Source: Eledone cirrhosa (taxonomy: Eukaryota). Taken from it: 64,000 nt of DNA. Below are positions 41,315 through 56,451 of this stretch, in pieces. Position 1 is the stretch's first letter; each line of letters opens with the position of its first letter. Both the position numbers and the translations under genes were made by a program. The stretch lies in NCBI GenBank assembly GCA_964016885.1, contig OZ024742.1, positions 203,422,001-203,486,000 of the forward strand. The letters are read 5' to 3'. Below the pieces are notes generated by a model. It made no database searches. It was not told where the DNA came from and saw only the letters and a list, made by a program, of their open reading frames with translations.

Positions 41315-41657
41315 CCCCCCCAGTCGTTTTTATGAAAGGTGGGTGAAAGTGGCGAGAATGGCCCGTGTGAATGGGCCTTCTCTTTACATAAGCCTGTAGG
41401 TGGAAAAGAGGAAGGAACGAGGGAGCACCCCCTCTCTGTGCTCCTGAGGAAAAGGGTTCCACACTTTTTTCGGGGGTATGTGCGACCCCCCAAGGCGCCT
41501 CCTCTCTATTGAGGATTTTGTTATAAATTTTATTTTTTGTTATATTTTATTTTATTTTTATATATTGCCTCCTCCTTATTGAGGACGCCTTTTTGTGTAA
41601 ACTCCCCCCTTTGTACTTGTCCCACTTTTGATGCCCTGGTGGCAAATAAAAGAAACA
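41315..41657 (+). mobile_element. Second, 5'-truncated copy of the same Tx1-like 3' end, with 17-bp TSD
   Basis: Colinear with 40858-41202; tatctatttacataact at 41298-41314 and 41658-41674. Confidence 0.9.
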
Positions 41658-42400
41658 TATCTATTTACATAACTATCTCTCAAACTTTCACGACACGCAT
41701 AAAAACACAGTTATAGATACATACAAGCAGCTTTCACAAGACGCGCTTACGTTCACACACACACACATAAAATATTTAGCATCTTCACCGTGTATCAGCA
41801 GTGTGGAACTATTCAAAGCGGTGGAGAGAGTCGTATGGTGTTATGACCTGTCACATGATTTATCATGGGTGAGAATGAACTGTGTAGTGGAAAATACAGG
41901 TTTTGTGATTTTCTTACTGTGGTCAGGGCAAGAAATGTCTAAAACAAGTTTCGTTAACTACATTGAAATATATATATATATTTTTTTTTAAGAAGAAGAA
42001 GAAGAATGGGGCTGCATAAGTGGAAGAAGGGGGCGCACGTTGTAGGGCTAGGTGTGAATGCTAAATACCCTTGCATACCGAACTTCTATTATATTTGGCA
42101 TCATTTGTATCGTAGTGCGATAGAGCAAGACATTAATAAAAATAAAGACCATGTGACAAACCATGGGCTCAGCCATTCCTCCTTTTCTCCTTCTCAATCT
42201 ATCGATTTATGACAATATTTACATATATATGTATGTGTGTGAGAGAGGGGGTGGGCTCGGGCGATTACTGAACTCTCGCTTTGCTGAAATACCGTAGCTT
42301 TGCAGTAAGAAATTGAACTTATATATTTACTCTAATGTAAATATTAAAATCTCTATCTATCTATCCATAAATGAGTGTATAAATTGTTTGGGACACCCTG

Positions 42401-42518
<118 letters not shown>

Positions 42519-42691
42519 TGTGCGTGTGTGTGACTATCTAACTGCCTTTCTCTCCGAGTCTTTTTTGTTCTCCATCACCATCTATCTGTCTCTCTATTTA
42601 TCTCTCATTCTTATCTCTATTTGTTACACCACACACACACAGAACAGCACATTTATACATACACAAGTACATACATACATACATACATACA

Positions 42692-42724
<33 letters not shown>

Positions 42725-42852
42725 CCATACACACGCACATACATACATATATACATACGCACACATCATTATTGCACATAATTTAATGGAACCGGCCTCG
42801 TTTCCACAGAGAACGATGTTCGGATGGGTCAGTTATTGTTGCTGCCTAGACA

Positions 42853-43060
42853 AACTACCACCACTACTACTACCACCACCACAACTACTACCACCACAAC
42901 TACTACCAACACTACTACTACTACTACTACCACCACAACTATTACCACCACTACTACTACTACCACCACAACTATTACCACCACTACTACTACTACCACC
43001 ACAACTATTACCACCACTACCACTACCACCATTACTACTACCACCACAACTACTGATGTT
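42853..43060. repeat. Compound (ACT/ACC/ACA)n trinucleotide repeat with ~24-bp periodicity
   Basis: Repeating ctactactaccaccacaactatta units. Confidence 0.85.
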
Positions 43061-44212
43061 ACAACAACTGCTGCTGTTGCTATACATACAAGAGATGTAG
43101 AGACCTCTTACGTGGTCGCTCAATCTGCTAGAATTAATAGCAAAATTCCGTCAGTTAAAATGCTAACGTTTCAGAGTGCTATTTACATTGAGCAATATAT
43201 TATTAGCCAATGAACTACAAATGAAAGGTATATTGGTCATGCCTGGAACCCCCATGTTAATTGGTCTTATTCTATCAGAGTTGACATGGGGCAAATGGAA
43301 AACAACAAAAACTATTACCATTACCACTACTATCACCACCACCAATACTACTACTAATACTACACCGCCACTACAACTACTGTCCCTGTTGCTACTACCA
43401 CCAAAACACAACTACACCACCGCCATTACAACTAACACCATCATTGCTACTAGTGCTACTGCTAATACCACGATTGCTACTACTAATATTATGATTAACT
43501 CCACTACTACTACTACCAATATTACTTCAGCTGTTGCTGCTGCTACAACGAAAAAGAAAAAAATAGGAAGCTGGCCAGGCATACATACAGTGAATGGCAA
43601 CAGTGGCTCCCTCTACACATAATTACCTCCCCTGTCACCCACCCCTCCCCCACCACACCCCACATACAACAGATTCGTTTGCCTTTCATAACTCCCTTCT
43701 TCCATCTGTCCATCTCATCTTCACTGATTTCGTTTTTTTTTTAACAGCAACCCCTCCTGCCCCTTCCCCCGCTAACCATTCGGTATTCATAGTTATTACT
43801 AGTGCATTGGAACCTATAGTGTTAGATACACATCGTTGTATTTCAATGGAAAGGTGGGATAGTCACGATTGGAACATCACTGATCAGAGGCTTACTGGAA
43901 TCAGAGCTGACAGGAGGATAAACAATATAAAACAACAGCCAATCCCCTGATGCATGTTATTTTGGGTGAATCTATGAACATACATACATACATACATATC
44001 TATATATATATATATATATACGCGGCGCCGCGAGATATTACATATTTCTATACCCACTCTACATCTCCCCATGCCTTAAGTACTCCCATGATTAGTGGCC
44101 TCCCCGGTCTCAACACCGCAGACTCACGCTCCCTCTGTCTCCCACTCTCTCTCTCTCCCTCTCTCTCTCTCCCGCTCTCTCTCTCACTCTCTCTCCCTCT
44201 CTCCCTCTCTGT

Positions 44213-44380
44213 ATCGGTAGAGGGTCGGACATGCTTTCCAGCATAGTTACGTCCCTTTATGATCTGAGTTCAAATCCCTCTAAGGTTAACTTTGCCTTTC
44301 ATCCTTAAGGGGTCGATAAAATAAAGTACCAGTAATGTACTGGGGAGTTGCTGGCCTTGTGCCAAAAGTAGAAACAATTA
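44213..44380 (+). mobile_element. SINE family B copy (5' clipped)
   Basis: Colinear with 6826-7009. Confidence 0.85.
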
Positions 44381-45399
44381 TTACTATATATATATATACA
44401 CGTGATTGTTGGTTTGCCCCCCACCACACTCCATATACACACTGATCGGAAGGACTTAATCAGATACACACCACACGTGTACACGGCTGATATCTATAAT
44501 GGCTTTCGCTTTTAAGACGTCAAGTTATGGTTTGGGGAGTAGTTTTGGTGCATCTTCTAGTTTATCACGCGACCAGGTAGAGGCACGTTTACTGGCATTT
44601 GTTTCGTTATGTTGATGATGTTGGTGGTCGAGGAGGCGGCGACAGTAGTGTGGTGTGTAGGGAGGGGCTATAGGAGGGTGATGAGAATAATGATGGAGTA
44701 GAGGTGATGACAATGGTGGTGATTGCAGTGGTGATCATGATCATGGTGATGATGATGATGGACATACTTGTGATCATAGTGATGGTCTTATTGGTATTTG
44801 TGATGATGATGGTCACCGCTGTAATTGTCATTACTCTAATGGCTGACCGCTATTTTCAGTGCTACTAAGACAACCACTGATTTACAGTACTAGATATATA
44901 GATAGAAATGAAAGCGAAAACGAAGAGAGTGATAGCAAGAGAGAGAGAGAGAGGGCGAGGGGGGGGGGGGGGGTGAAAGCGAATGAGAAGAGACAGAGAG
45001 GAAGAGGGAAAAGAGAGAGAGGAAGCGTGTGAAAGAGAAGGGAGAGAGATATGAGAAAAAGAGAAAGATAAAGAGGTGAGAGAGTAAGCGAAAAGTGAAA
45101 GAGAAAGATGAATGGAGAGAAGCAATCTGACAGAGAGACAAATAGAAACAGAGAGATAGATATATAGAAGAAAACAGAGAAAATGTGAAAGTCAGTAGGT
45201 CAGTCGGACCCTGGGCGAGAGAGAGGTGGTGTTAGAGGGACACACAGACAGATATATGAATGAAGAGAGAGACAAGTTGAGAAGTTGAAGTGCAGAGAGA
45301 CAGATATAGAGAAAGTGATAGAAAGAGAGGTAGGCTGATTGACAAAATGTTGCAGAGATAGACAGATAGACATATATATATACATACATAGATACATAC

Positions 45400-45504
<105 letters not shown>

Positions 45505-45524
45505 GATAGATAGATATAGATATA

Positions 45525-45592
<68 letters not shown>

Positions 45593-46324
45593 TGGAGAGA
45601 GAGAGGGGGAAAGAAAGAGGGAACGAGAGATGAATAGATAGAGAGAGAGAGATGGATCGATAGAGAGATAGCTAATCATAAATACAAAGATTGAGAGAGG
45701 AGGAAAGAGAGATGCATCTGGCATGTATGACATCACAAGATGTTATTGTCATTTTTTATTACGTCCGGTGTACAGACTACCATATATAGTACTATGCATA
45801 CCTATACTCAGTACACACACACATACATACACACACACTCACACACACACATACATACACACACACTCACACACATACATACACACACACTCACATACAC
45901 ACCTACACACACGCTCACACACACGCGTACACACATATGCAAACACATACACACATTTCCAAACACCCTTATATATATATATATATCATATATACTATCT
46001 GGTAACGGAGTGGGTCATAAAAGGTGGGAGCAGATTGACCTGGTTCCAATCTTCTTAAGACCTCATCATATACGAGTAATATCCACCTAGTTGTATAGTT
46101 ACTTATAATGTATGCAACAACTAAGCTAAACTTGTAAGTTTACTATAAAGAACAGTGCATGTGTTGACAACGTAGATTAATTAACTCATTCATACTATTT
46201 AAAGATTTTGATTAATTTGAAATGTAAAGTATATGTATAGTTCAAAATGACAAACAAACAAACAAACGCAGGAGTCAATGGTACATAGTGTTATTAGCTT
46301 CCCGCTTGGTGAGAATGGGGGAGG

Positions 46325-46360
46325 TTACGACGTTTCGGACAAAAGTCCTTCATCAGTAGA
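46325..46360 (-). ncRNA. Minimal hammerhead core (Penelope-type remnant)
   Basis: Minus strand CTGATGA a ggac tttt gtcc GAAAC GTC; stem I pairing is weak. Confidence 0.6.
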
Positions 46361-46682
46361 GAAGGGGGGAACACCGAGAGGGAGTTCGGAAGGGGAGTTA
46401 GCAGGAAAAACAAATATATATATATTCTTTTACTCTTTTACCTGTTTCAGCCATCCGGCTGAGGCCATGCTGGGGCATATATATTAATACGTACACACAC
46501 ATAAATACATACATACGTATACATATATACATTTATAGATATATATACAAACATATATACATTTATATAAATACATACATATATGCATACACATCCACTT
46601 CCACAAAGCGTGAACCTAATGTAACTGTACAATTGTCTCCTGTGTTTTGTTCGTTCATTTTCAACTATATAAATATATACAT

Positions 46683-46725
<43 letters not shown>

Positions 46726-47213
46726 TGTATCCACATATATATATACACGCATATATATGCACACACACACATGTGTGTGTGCGTGTGCATACATACATAC
46801 AAACATACGTGGGATTGATCTGGATAGGTTATAGTCTTAATGGACCTTCATCAGAGAAAAACTACACATTTTTCTGTCTACAAAGAGCTTAGAAGCTTAA
46901 AGCTATTTATAGAGTGTACCAGAGCTTAGCAACATACGGGCTGTAGTTAGCAAATGAGTCGTTGGGATGTTCTCTGGGGACTCCAGTGTTAAATCGTCAA
47001 ACTACTACTCCACTTGTATTCTGTCTTCCTTCAGCAATCTGAAATATCTTTCATATTGCACCCGATGGTAACCTCAGATTAATTTCGCTGCACTATATAT
47101 AACCTTCGACCCTCAACCAATCCCTGTCAAAATTAGCTAATGTGATGAATTCTAATGCTGAAGGACATTGGGGAATGATTTAAGAGGTTAAGTAAAAACC
47201 ATAGTTGGATATA

Positions 47214-47432
47214 ATGGTTTCTGATTTAAGCACAAGGCCAGCAATTTTTGGGGTGGCGAATAGTCGATTAAATCGACCCCAGTGCATTACTGGTACTTTA
47301 TTTTATCGACCCCGTAAGGATGAAAAGCAAAGCTAACCTCGGCTGGATTTGAACTCAGAATGTAAAGGGCCGTAACTCTATGCTGCGAAGCATCGTGTTC
47401 GACTCTCTACCGATACTGCCAATCCACCGCCC
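47214..47432 (-). mobile_element. SINE family B copy, longer variant
   Basis: Reverse complement of family B with an extra tagtcgattaaatcgacccc segment. Confidence 0.85.
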
Positions 47433-47599
47433 GATAGTTGCATATAATGAAATTACTTCAAAGATACCACTGAGGGATAGTTTCAAATCGATAGTTACCA
47501 CTCGGTAATCTGAACAGTGGGTAAACCTCACGTCAACGGAGATAAGGTGAAGCAAGGGCTATCCAAAATCTCAACACCAGACGCTTTATACAATTATAT

Positions 47600-48180
47600 G
47601 TCATATATTAAATAATACATATGTCGGGCACTGAAATTTTCTGTGGGCTTTAAGCCTTTGTCAGATATGCATATATCATATATAATATATATATAGGCCA
47701 TTGAAATATTCTATGTGGGTTTCAAACCTTTGTCAAATATATGTCAGATATTATGGAATAATCATCAGAGTCATTCAGGTGATTTGTGTGGGTCTCAAAC
47801 ATTTTTCAAATGTTTACATGTAAGATAGATAATATAGACTTTCTGAAATGTTTACATATCACAATGTTTTACATGTGAGAAATTGAAGTATCCCCTATGG
47901 ACCTAGGATCTTCTTGAATGTTTATGTATGATATAATATACATATGAATCATTGAGGTGTTCTCTTTGAGTCTCGGATCATTTTCAACTGTTTATATGTG
48001 AAATATGATATAATGTACATTTAGTTATAAAGGATCTGTGGATCTGTCTCGGACCTTTTACAAATGAAATATGATATGATACAAATCAAATATTATATGA
48101 TGTACATTTAGTGAAAAAGGATCTTCCTCGGACCTTTTACAAATGTTTATATGTTAGCTATGATATGATATAATATGCGT
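47600..48180. repeat. Old degenerate tandem repeat, roughly 60-70-bp units
   Basis: Recurring tgtgggt(c/t)tc..ac.tttt.caaatgtttatatg motifs. Confidence 0.55.
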
Positions 48181-48474
48181 GTCAGCCATGGGCTATACTA
48201 AAAAAAAATAATTAAACGTGGCCCATTAGAAATAAAAGACTGATAACTGTTATGAACACAGTTAACTAAGCTAAACTGCTCAGATTCATTTACATAATAG
48301 GTCATGCACTGACAACGTGGGTTAATTCAATCACTCAGAATTACATGATATAAGATATATCATATAGCCTGTATTAATAGAAAATGTAATCACACACACA
48401 CAAACACAGGTGTATATTTATATGTTTATACACTTGTATATTTATACACACACACACACACACACGCAAACATG

Positions 48475-48505
<31 letters not shown>

Positions 48506-48519
48506 TATATATATATATA

Positions 48520-48550
<31 letters not shown>

Positions 48551-48551
48551 A

Positions 48552-48679
<128 letters not shown>

Positions 48680-48774
48680 TATAAATATATACATATATAT
48701 AATAATACATACACACACATATATATGTATATATATATATATATGTACATATACCTATATCGAGATAGATATAA

Positions 48775-48849
<75 letters not shown>

Positions 48850-49663
48850 CAATTATATACATATATATACATATACAAAAATACCTATATACACATAAAT
48901 ATTTATATACATATATATGTGTCGCCTTAAATATATTCCCAAAACCACATCAGTGACATCAAGGTCCATCACAGACTGATCACAAATGATATCACATCTA
49001 TGTGAATGTGTATATGTAAAGATGAATGTGAGTGTTTGAAGTGTTCAGTGTATGTATGTTTGTGTGTGTGTGTATATGAGCGTGTGTGTTTTTGCTTTTG
49101 CTGTGCATGTGCATATGTGCATATGTGCATATGTGTATATGCCTGTTTTGATCGGTGTGAATGTATGAACATCTTATGAAACTGTTGGTATGTGTGCAGA
49201 GGCGTTCGAAGATTTGTAGCAACCTAGCTAGCCTACTTGCTAGCTAAATAGCTAGATAGCTATCTTGATCGATACATAGATGAAGTGAAAGAAAGAAAGA
49301 AAGAATGAAAGAAAGACTGACATATAGGCACACAAGCAGACAGACACACACATACATGCATAAATACTACATATATACATACATACACACACACATATAC
49401 GTACATAGTGAGGAAGAGATAGAAATAGAGACAGGAAGAAAGCTGGACGGATAGATAGAAAGATAGGTTGATGTATACATGTATATGTATATATACACAC
49501 ATACACACACGCATATATATATATATATATGTAACGTATTTCGATTTTTCCATGTTTAACAAATATAATAACGTCATCCATTAAACATATATATACTATC
49601 GCACAAACATAATTATATATATGTGTATAAATATATGTGTATATGTATACATATATGTGTGTG

Positions 49664-49694
<31 letters not shown>

Positions 49695-49790
49695 AATGCA
49701 TATCTGATATAGGCATATTAGTCGAGCGCATACGAAAGTATGTATATATACACTCAAATTTGTTGAAAAATACACTCAGGAACAAATATA

Positions 49791-49853
<63 letters not shown>

Positions 49854-49875
49854 ACGCATATATATACGCATATAC

Positions 49876-49969
<94 letters not shown>

Positions 49970-50263
49970 TGCGACCGTGGAGATCTAACGACTGAATATA
50001 TTAAACATTATATATAGAGACAGACCATTTATATATACATAATTACAAGGACCTATAAATTAGTTAATATACTTGTGTATATAGAGAGAGAAGCGGAAAT
50101 ATCAATATAATTAACACATACTTCATACATATATACACGCATCAAGACACGCATGTGTGTGTGTATATATATGTATATGCATATACATACATAAACCACA
50201 TGTATTCTACATATGTACATAAATGTGTGTGCCTGTATGTGTGTATGTATATGTATGTATGTG

Positions 50264-50324
<61 letters not shown>

Positions 50325-50510
50325 CATATATGTAAGGCTCTGTATATATATATGATTAATAATATATACACACATATACATATGTATATATATATACATA
50401 TATATATATATATGCATATACACATATATATGCATATACGTATATATATGTATATACTTATTCAAATATATATATATATGTGTGTGTAAATATATGTGTG
50501 TGTACTTGAG

Positions 50511-50568
<58 letters not shown>

Positions 50569-50775
50569 GAGAGAGAGTGTGGGTTGGGGTAAGCGAGAGG
50601 GTGAGAGAGAAGCAGGCACCTATGTCTGCTTGTGTATAATATCCCATACGAGCAAGCTACTGGCTGCACGTGTAACAGACGCATGCAATGGACGGAAATA
50701 TAGAAAATACAATCAATGTAAATGGGAATATGTGTGTGTGTATACATACACTCACACACTATATATATATACAAT

Positions 50776-50933
50776 AGTTAAAAGTATGACCCCGACGGCA
50801 GAAATAGCCGCCGAAACGGCTTGAGCTCTGCCGTCGGGGTCATACTTTTTCCTATTTCCCACTCTACTACCCTAAGTATTGAGTACTCTGGTGCGTTATG
50901 GTTCATCTGGTTCCTTACCACATTTCCTTTGTT
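50776..50933 (+). mobile_element. Fold-back element, GACCCCGACGG family, short left arm
   Basis: aaaagtatgaccccgacggc joined to agaaatagccgccgaaacggcttgagctctgccgtcggggtcatactttt, plus the full tail. Confidence 0.8.
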
Positions 50934-50941
50934 ATATATAC

Positions 50942-50973
<32 letters not shown>

Positions 50974-51019
50974 GCACGCACATAAATAAAATGTTTCTAA
51001 TTATAGACTAGTGAGACCC

Positions 51020-51245
51020 TTAATAACCTTAGTACTCAATATTTTATAGAAAGTAGAGTGGTGTAGAAATTATTCGAAACATGTAAAGCCTACGGTCGAG
51101 ACTAAACCGTTTCGAAATGGACTAAGCTCGACCGTAGGGCTTACATAATTTAAATCATATATATATATTTCTATATCAAATATTTATACTTTGCTAAGTA
51201 TTGAGTACCTTACTTACTATGGCTACCCCCGATTGAACCCGGGAT
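51020..51245 (+). mobile_element. Fold-back element of a sister family
   Basis: agtactcaata..cctacggtcgag / ctcgaccgtagg..taagtattgagtac; its tail ccttacttactatggctacccccgattgaacccgg also occurs at ~16790-16835 (+) and ~51355-51420 (-). Confidence 0.6.
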
Positions 51246-51261
51246 GCACACATAGACACAG

Positions 51262-51299
<38 letters not shown>

Positions 51300-51315
51300 T
51301 ATCAGGAAAGCCCAT

Positions 51316-51351
<36 letters not shown>

Positions 51352-51448
51352 CTGAGTTCCGTGTTCAATCGGAGGTAACGACAGTCAATAAGGGGCTCAA
51401 TACATTAGTAGAGTGTAAATATCAAGTTTAATATATATGTATATCAAG

Positions 51449-51495
<47 letters not shown>

Positions 51496-51710
51496 GATAT
51501 CCATGGCTAGTTGTGGGGTCTAGGCTGCATGAAGAACTCAATGTAATCCATATGTTGAAAATGTTGTAGGTTAAAATAAATCCCGGAAAACAACAAAACA
51601 TTAAAACGAAGACAGAGTCATGATATAAGCTAAAACAATGAAATAAAAAATCAAGTCATTAGAAATATACTTCACTGAAATATATTTCTAATGACTTGAT
51701 TTTTTTTTAA

Positions 51711-51745
<35 letters not shown>

Positions 51746-52149
51746 ATAATAATAAATTTGAAGACTAAAATCCAAAGAGGGCTCGATAAGGATAAATATA
51801 TATCAAATATATAAGAACCGTAGAGCAAATATTTATTAAAATAACAGATTAAAGTTTAAGCAAAGAATCGCTGCTTTCACCCTTAACGGGATCATTTATA
51901 TATATGACTAGTGAAAGGGTATAAGCTAAACCGTACGGCAAAGAATCCATATGATAATATGGATTTGGATATTGTTGTTGTCATTCCCTTTATTTTGTGT
52001 TGTCACGTTCTTAGCAGAGGATTGGGGTTTTTTTCGTTTTTTTTCTTTTAGTCGCTATTGTGGTACGTGGAATCTTCGGTCATTTCTGACGAATTATAAA
52101 TTCGCACCTGCATGTGTCTGCGTGTGTTCATGTGTGTGTGTGTGTGTGT

Positions 52150-52710
52150 GTGTGTTTGTGCGTATCCGTGAATGTGTATTTGTATGTGTATGTGTATGTG
52201 TGTATGTGAATGCGTGCTTGTGTTTGTTTGTGTGTATGCATGAATGTGTATTTGTATGTATGTGTATGTGTGTATGTGTGTATGTTAATGCATGCTTGTG
52301 TGTGTGTGTTTGTGTGTATGCATGAATGTGTATTTCTATGTATGTGTATGTGTGTATGTGAATGCGTGCTTGTGAGTGTGTGTTTGTTTGTATGCGTGAA
52401 TGTGCATTTGTATGTATGTGTATGTGTGTATGTGAATGCGTGCTTGTGCGTGTGTTTGTGTGTATGCATGAATGTGTATTTGTATGTATGTGTATGTGAA
52501 TGCATGCTTGTGTGTGTGTGTGTTTGTGTGTGTGTTTGTGTGTATGCATGAATGTGTATTTGTATGTATGTGTATGTGTGTATGTGAATGTGTGCTTGTG
52601 TGTGTGTGTGTTTGTGTGTATGCATGAATGTGTATTTGTATGTATGTGTATGTGTGTATGTGAATGCATGCTTGTGTGTGTGTATTTGTATGTATGTGTA
52701 TGTGTGAATA
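52150..52710. repeat. GT-rich degenerate minisatellite (~60-75-bp units)
   Basis: Repeated gtgtatgcatgaatgtgtatttgtatgtatgtgtatgtgtgtatgtgaatgc.tgcttg. Confidence 0.85.
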
Positions 52711-53083
52711 AGTGCTTTCGTGTAAGTGTGTGCAACAAGCGGCAGATAGAAACACCTGTGTAACATGCATATATCTGTATGCATGAGTTGTTCCACGGTC
52801 AGGTGCGTGCGAATAGTTGTGTGTATATGCTTGGGTGCGTCTTTGTTCACGTACATTCGTGTGATTGTACGTGGCGTATGTGTGTTGGTGCGCTATTATG
52901 GGATTACTTTATATGTATGTTTATATATGTGTATATATGTGAGTGTATGCGTCTGTTTCTGTATTTCTGCTTGTCCATGTATGTCTGTATATATATATAT
53001 GTGTGTGTCCGATGTATGTTAGTGTTTAAGTATATATATGTGAGTGCGTATATTTGCATGTATATATATATATATATATATGG

Positions 53084-53115
<32 letters not shown>

Positions 53116-53125
53116 GTATGTGTGC

Positions 53126-53287
<162 letters not shown>

Positions 53288-53599
53288 ATATGTATGTATG
53301 TATCGGGATAATGAAAGAGATTTAAAAATGAAGCTAATTACAGGATGGATGGAGAGATATAGTGATGGGTGAACGAATGGATTAGTTGACGTACGCGGCC
53401 TGCTAGAAAGAGAGACATAGCTGTGAAATCCCCCTCAAATCACACCGTACAATCTTATATAAAACGAACTCATTGGATAATGCAGTCCGAGGTATACAGG
53501 CGCTGAGAATGATCAGACATAGTCATAACTTGATCAGGACTGATCGATGCTTGATCAGGGCTAACCTGAGGTTAAACACTATCAAACAGCTACCTTGGA

Positions 53600-53735
53600 T
53601 AGATGGATGTATGGAATAACGGAATAGAGATGGATGGATGGAATAACGGAATATAGATGGATGTATGGAATAACGGAATATAGATGGATGGATGGAATAA
53701 CGGAATATAGATGGATGTATGGCGGAATAGATGGA
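53600..53735. repeat. 27-bp tandem repeat (agatggatgtatggaataacggaatat), ~5 copies
   Basis: Read directly from the sequence. Confidence 0.85.
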
Positions 53736-54476
53736 TAGCTAGAGGAATAGCTGGATTGATAGATGGGCGGGTGGACTGGAATGGAAATGAACTGTTCTCC
53801 GTCGCTTGCAACGATGAGTGTTCTGGTCGCTCGAGTAACGGAACGGCTTTCTCGTGAAATTAACTTACAAGTGGCTGAGCATTCTATAGATCCGTATACC
53901 CTTACCGTAATTCTCAAGGAGATTGAGACTGACATTGTGTGTGATAAGGATGACCGTTTAAATTATACGGATATCCCATTCGCCGGCCTTTCAAGCAGTT
54001 TCCGTCTACACAAATTCACTCAGAAGGCTTCGGTTTATCCGAAGCTATAATGAATGATACTTGCTCAAGATGTCATGCAATGGGATCGTACCCGGGACTT
54101 AATGATTACAAAGCGGACTCTTTAACCATTCGACTATGTTGCACCCCGGGTGAATGGGTTGGTGGATGGGCGAATAAATGGATGGAAAGAAGGAGGAACG
54201 ATTGCTAAGATTGATAGATAGATGGAGTGATGGATGAGTTGATGGATAGAGAGAGAAGTGGAAGGATTGGCGTGTGGATGAATTCATCGATTGGTGGAGG
54301 GATGGAATGGTGAGATGTTTAGCTTTTTTTCCGCTCTGGATTTCTAACTTCTATAGATGAAGAATATAACGGTGACCGAGAAAGCGAAAACACACACACA
54401 CACAGTGTGTGTTGCATACGTGTGCCTCGTGGTGTTGCTGTTTGTGTTTTTATGTGTATGTGTATGTACGCGTGAG

Positions 54477-54543
<67 letters not shown>

Positions 54544-54944
54544 AGTGAGGTAGAAACAGAGATGAAAGACAGTAATGTGTATATATATCGATTACAATCT
54601 GTTAAAGACACACACACACATATGTATACATACATATATATTTAGACAACACATACACACATACAGGCATACACACAGACACACACACATATAGAGACAG
54701 GGAATGTATTTCTGAATGTACATGCTATACTATACACATATGGTTTAATATATACATAGTCACCTCTCTCAATATATATATATATATATATATATATATT
54801 TCTATGTATATGTATGAATATGAAAGCACATATATACATATACATAATATACATTCACACACATCTACACGTGTACGTACGTACACAAACCTACACACAC
54901 ACTCATAAATATATATACGCAAACATATATATACACACACACAT

Positions 54945-55115
<171 letters not shown>

Positions 55116-55336
55116 TATATATATATACACATACATATATATATGTATGTGTGTGTGTGTGTATGTATATGTATGTATGTATGTATACATAATTTAGGTT
55201 CCGATATAGTGATTTTGGTAGGCTACACTGTAAGACAGAACTTTGCTGAAATATCATAGATATGTGGTAAGAAAATGAATGAATATTCAAACGTATATTT
55301 ATATATATACATATATTATATATTGGTGTTACTTAC

Positions 55337-55382
55337 CGCTTTGTAAGGTTATAATCAAAATGACTAGACAACGAAGTATCAT
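55337..55382 (-). CDS. Candidate first coding exon encoding a signal-peptide-like N-terminus (MILRCLVILIITLQS)
   Basis: ATG with A at -3, an in-frame stop upstream, a hydrophobic 15-codon run, and a canonical G|gtaagt donor in phase 1. No downstream exon was identified. Confidence 0.35.
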
Positions 55383-55525
55383 GCTTGTGAATAAAGATGA
55401 TGTTATTGATGAGTAATACAAGTTTAACCATTGCCTTCTTCCACTCAGACAATTCTAGCTTGGCTGGCTTTCTTAGGTTAGCCACAGACTTTTTTCTGCT
55501 TGATGGTGATGTTTTGAGGGGGGTA

Positions 55526-55568
<43 letters not shown>

Positions 55569-56214
55569 ATCGTTGTTGGTGCTGTTGATGTAGTTGTGAT
55601 TGTTGTATTTTAGATTTTATGATTCAATGAGACTGTCAGTTATTATCGTTGTTAGTGTTATGGTTGTGGTTATGGTAGTAGTGTTGGTTGTTGTTGTTGT
55701 GGTGGTGGTAGTGTTGGTGGTAGTATAGTTCTGATGTGGTTAGTGTTGTTGTTTGTTGTGACTAGTTGTTATCGTTGTTGGTGCTCTTGTTTGTAGTTTG
55801 TAGTTGTGTGCCTGTTACTGATGTGATGGTAGTATATTTCTTGTGACTGTAGTTGTTATGCTTGTTTTGTAGCTGTGGTTGAAATTTAACTTGTTTGCCT
55901 CGTGTGGCTGTTATTGTTGTTGTTGTAATGTGCTCCTGTTGTTGTTGTTGGTGCTGTTTGTTGTGGCTGCTGGAGCAGTTTGTGTTGTTGTTGCTGTTGT
56001 GCAATCCGGTTCCTACCAATTTGTTTATATCCTAGTTGTTTTAATCGTCGTCCTGAACATTTTAGATTTCGTTATATTTCCGGTCCGGGTAAATTTTCTT
56101 TCCTTCGAATTTTAAATATATATTTCACTGCTTATACATATACATACATATATATATATAAGTGTTTATGTGTGAGTGTATATATATATATATTTTTATA
56201 AGTATGTATGTGTG

Positions 56215-56260
<46 letters not shown>

Positions 56261-56400
56261 GGTGTGTGTACGAGAATGTGTGAATAATATGTAGGTGATA
56301 TATAAATTTCTCCCCTTTGCGTTTGTGATGATTATTTAAACACCCAGTAGCTTCTTTGTGCGTATATATTAAATATATTCTATTATATAAATATAGATAT

Positions 56401-56451
<51 letters not shown>

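Noticed and set aside
42621-43622. Thr-, Leu/Pro- and Val-rich ORFs resembling mucins
   Set aside because: Trinucleotide repeats open in several frames on both strands; no splice or domain support.
50873-50886. taagtattgagtac as an HUH/Rep nick-site nonamer (like AAGTATTAC)
   Set aside because: Only partial similarity, not presented in a hairpin loop, and no Rep ORF nearby.
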